24,000 nucleotides of DNA. It comes from Epidermidibacterium keratini. Its GTDB lineage: Bacteria > Actinomycetota > Actinomycetes > Mycobacteriales > Antricoccaceae. The stretch spans positions 2,850,067-2,874,066 of the forward strand of contig NZ_CP047156.1 in the NCBI RefSeq assembly GCF_009834025.1, read 5' to 3'. Below the pieces are notes generated by a model. It was not told the DNA's origin, searched no databases, and was given only the letters and a program-made list of their open reading frames with translations. Position numbers and translations under genes: made by a program. Below, in pieces: positions 23,121 through 24,000 of the stretch (the stretch's first letter is position 1; the number at the start of each line of letters is the position of its first letter).

Positions 23121-24000
23121 TCAGGCAGGAGCGTCAGCGAGCTTGGCCTTCACTCGCTCCGGGGACGGCCACTTGACGTTGTGCGCCCAGCCGAGCTTCT
23201 CGAAGACCCAGATGAGCCGCGCCGACATGTCGATCTGTCCGCGCATCACGCCGTGCCGCGCCGCGGTGGGGTCTGCGTGGTGCAGGTTGTGCCACGACTC
23301 GCCGGCCGACAGGATCGCCAGCGGCCAGTAGTTCGCGGACATGTCGCGTGAGGAGAACGGACGCTCACCGACTGCGTGGCAGATCGAGTTGATGCTCCAG
23401 GTGACGTGCTGCAGCAGGAACAGGCGCACCAGCCCGGCCCAGAAGAACGCGGTCACCGCACCCATCCAGGACCAGGTCACGAGGCCGCCGATGATGGCCG
23501 GCAGGAACAGGCTCAGCAGCGCCCACAGGCCAAACAGGCGGCTGACGCGGTTCAGTGCGGTGTTCTTGATCAGGTCCGGTGCAAACCGCTCTTTGTTGGT
23601 GCGCTCGCGGTCGAAGATCCAGCCGACGTGCGCCCAGAACAGGCCCTTGGCGAGCGCGCCCGCGCTCGTGCCGTAGCGCCACGGCGAGTGCGGGTCGCCG
23701 TCGCGGTCGGAGTAGGCGTGGTGGCGGCGATGATCGGCCACCCACTGCAGCAGCGGACCCTGAATCGCCATCGAACCGGCGATGCCGAGCGCGACACGCA
23801 GCGGCATCTTTGCCTTGAAGGAGCCGTGGGTGAAGTGCCGGTGGAACCCGACGGTGATGCCGAGCAGGCCGACGAAGTAGAACACGACGCCGAGGGCGAT
23901 ATCGACCCAGCCGATGAACGAGCCCCAGGCGAGGGGTACGGCGGCGATGATCGCCACGATGGGGAAGAGAACGTAGACGTAGAGCACCAGATACTGCGCC
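23121..24000 (-). CDS. Membrane acyl-CoA (delta-9-type) fatty acid desaturase; 5' end beyond the window edge
   Basis: It has three His boxes: HRHFTH, HRRHHAYSD and HNLHHADP. TM pairs are present. The reading frame is still open at base 24000 (..AQYLVLYVYVLFP..), so the track's GTG at 23987 is probably internal. Confidence 0.85.
   Translation of the reverse strand, partial: AQYLVLYVYVLFPIVAIIAAVPLAWGSFIGWVDIALGVVFYFVGLLGITVGFHRHFTHGSFKAKMPLRVALGIAGSMAIQGPLLQWVADHRRHHAYSDRDGDPHSPWRYGTSAGALAKGLFWAHVGWIFDRERTNKERFAPDLIKNTALNRVSRLFGLWALLSLFLPAIIGGLVTWSWMGAVTAFFWAGLVRLFLLQHVTWSINSICHAVGERPFSSRDMSANYWPLAILSAGESWHNLHHADPTAARHGVMRGQIDMSARLIWVFEKLGWAHNVKWPSPERVKAKLADAPA

Noticed and set aside
1-24000. 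Search for mobile elements, a prophage, toxin-antitoxin pairs, a defence system or a biosynthetic cluster as the hinted novel system.
   Set aside because: Every sizeable ORF with coding-like properties matches a common housekeeping, transport or regulator family. There are no integrase, transposase or recombinase motifs, no flanking direct repeats or tRNA, no compositional break except short promoter regions, and no orphan multi-gene cassette. I therefore do not claim a novel system.

Overview
The window is very GC-rich DNA with a strong G/C bias at third codon positions, typical of a high-GC Actinomycetota chromosome. It reads as densely packed core and housekeeping genes, and I count 23 credible protein genes. 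In order they are: a small SAM methyltransferase, a TrmH/SpoU RNA methyltransferase and GrpB (tightly coupled, + strand); a MerR regulator with an aldo/keto reductase (- strand); the divergent pair pmt / rsmI; an MFS transporter interrupted by a single in-frame TAG, divergent from a MarR regulator; a DAACS-family symporter; a complete bioB-bioA-bioF-bioD operon (- strand), divergent from a TetR-type regulator, with two TGAAC-N3-GTTCA (BioQ-type) operators between them; corA; metG-tatD; two tandem RpfB-like resuscitation-promoting-factor genes followed by rsmA(ksgA) and ispE; and a convergent TetR regulator preceded by a membrane acyl-CoA desaturase that runs off the 3' edge. I found no rRNA or tRNA genes, CRISPR arrays, transposases, integrases or other mobile-element hallmarks. 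I also found no gene set that looks like a defence or otherwise novel multi-gene system. The many long ORFs on opposite strands or in alternative frames are the usual high-GC artefacts. The features most worth follow-up are regulatory or small-scale. They are: (1) a strongly structured ~100-nt leader plus a tandem AGGTCACG direct repeat upstream of the first rpf gene; (2) the rpfB duplication with a divergent catalytic domain; (3) a Shine-Dalgarno-preceded 36-codon uORF whose stop overlaps the ispE start; (4) the amber-interrupted MFS gene with an intact MarR partner; (5) the textbook-like BioQ and MerR operator architectures; and (6) a recurring TANNNT-N6/7-start (leaderless) promoter pattern. 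All calls rest on reading motifs by eye. No database search or folding computation was possible.
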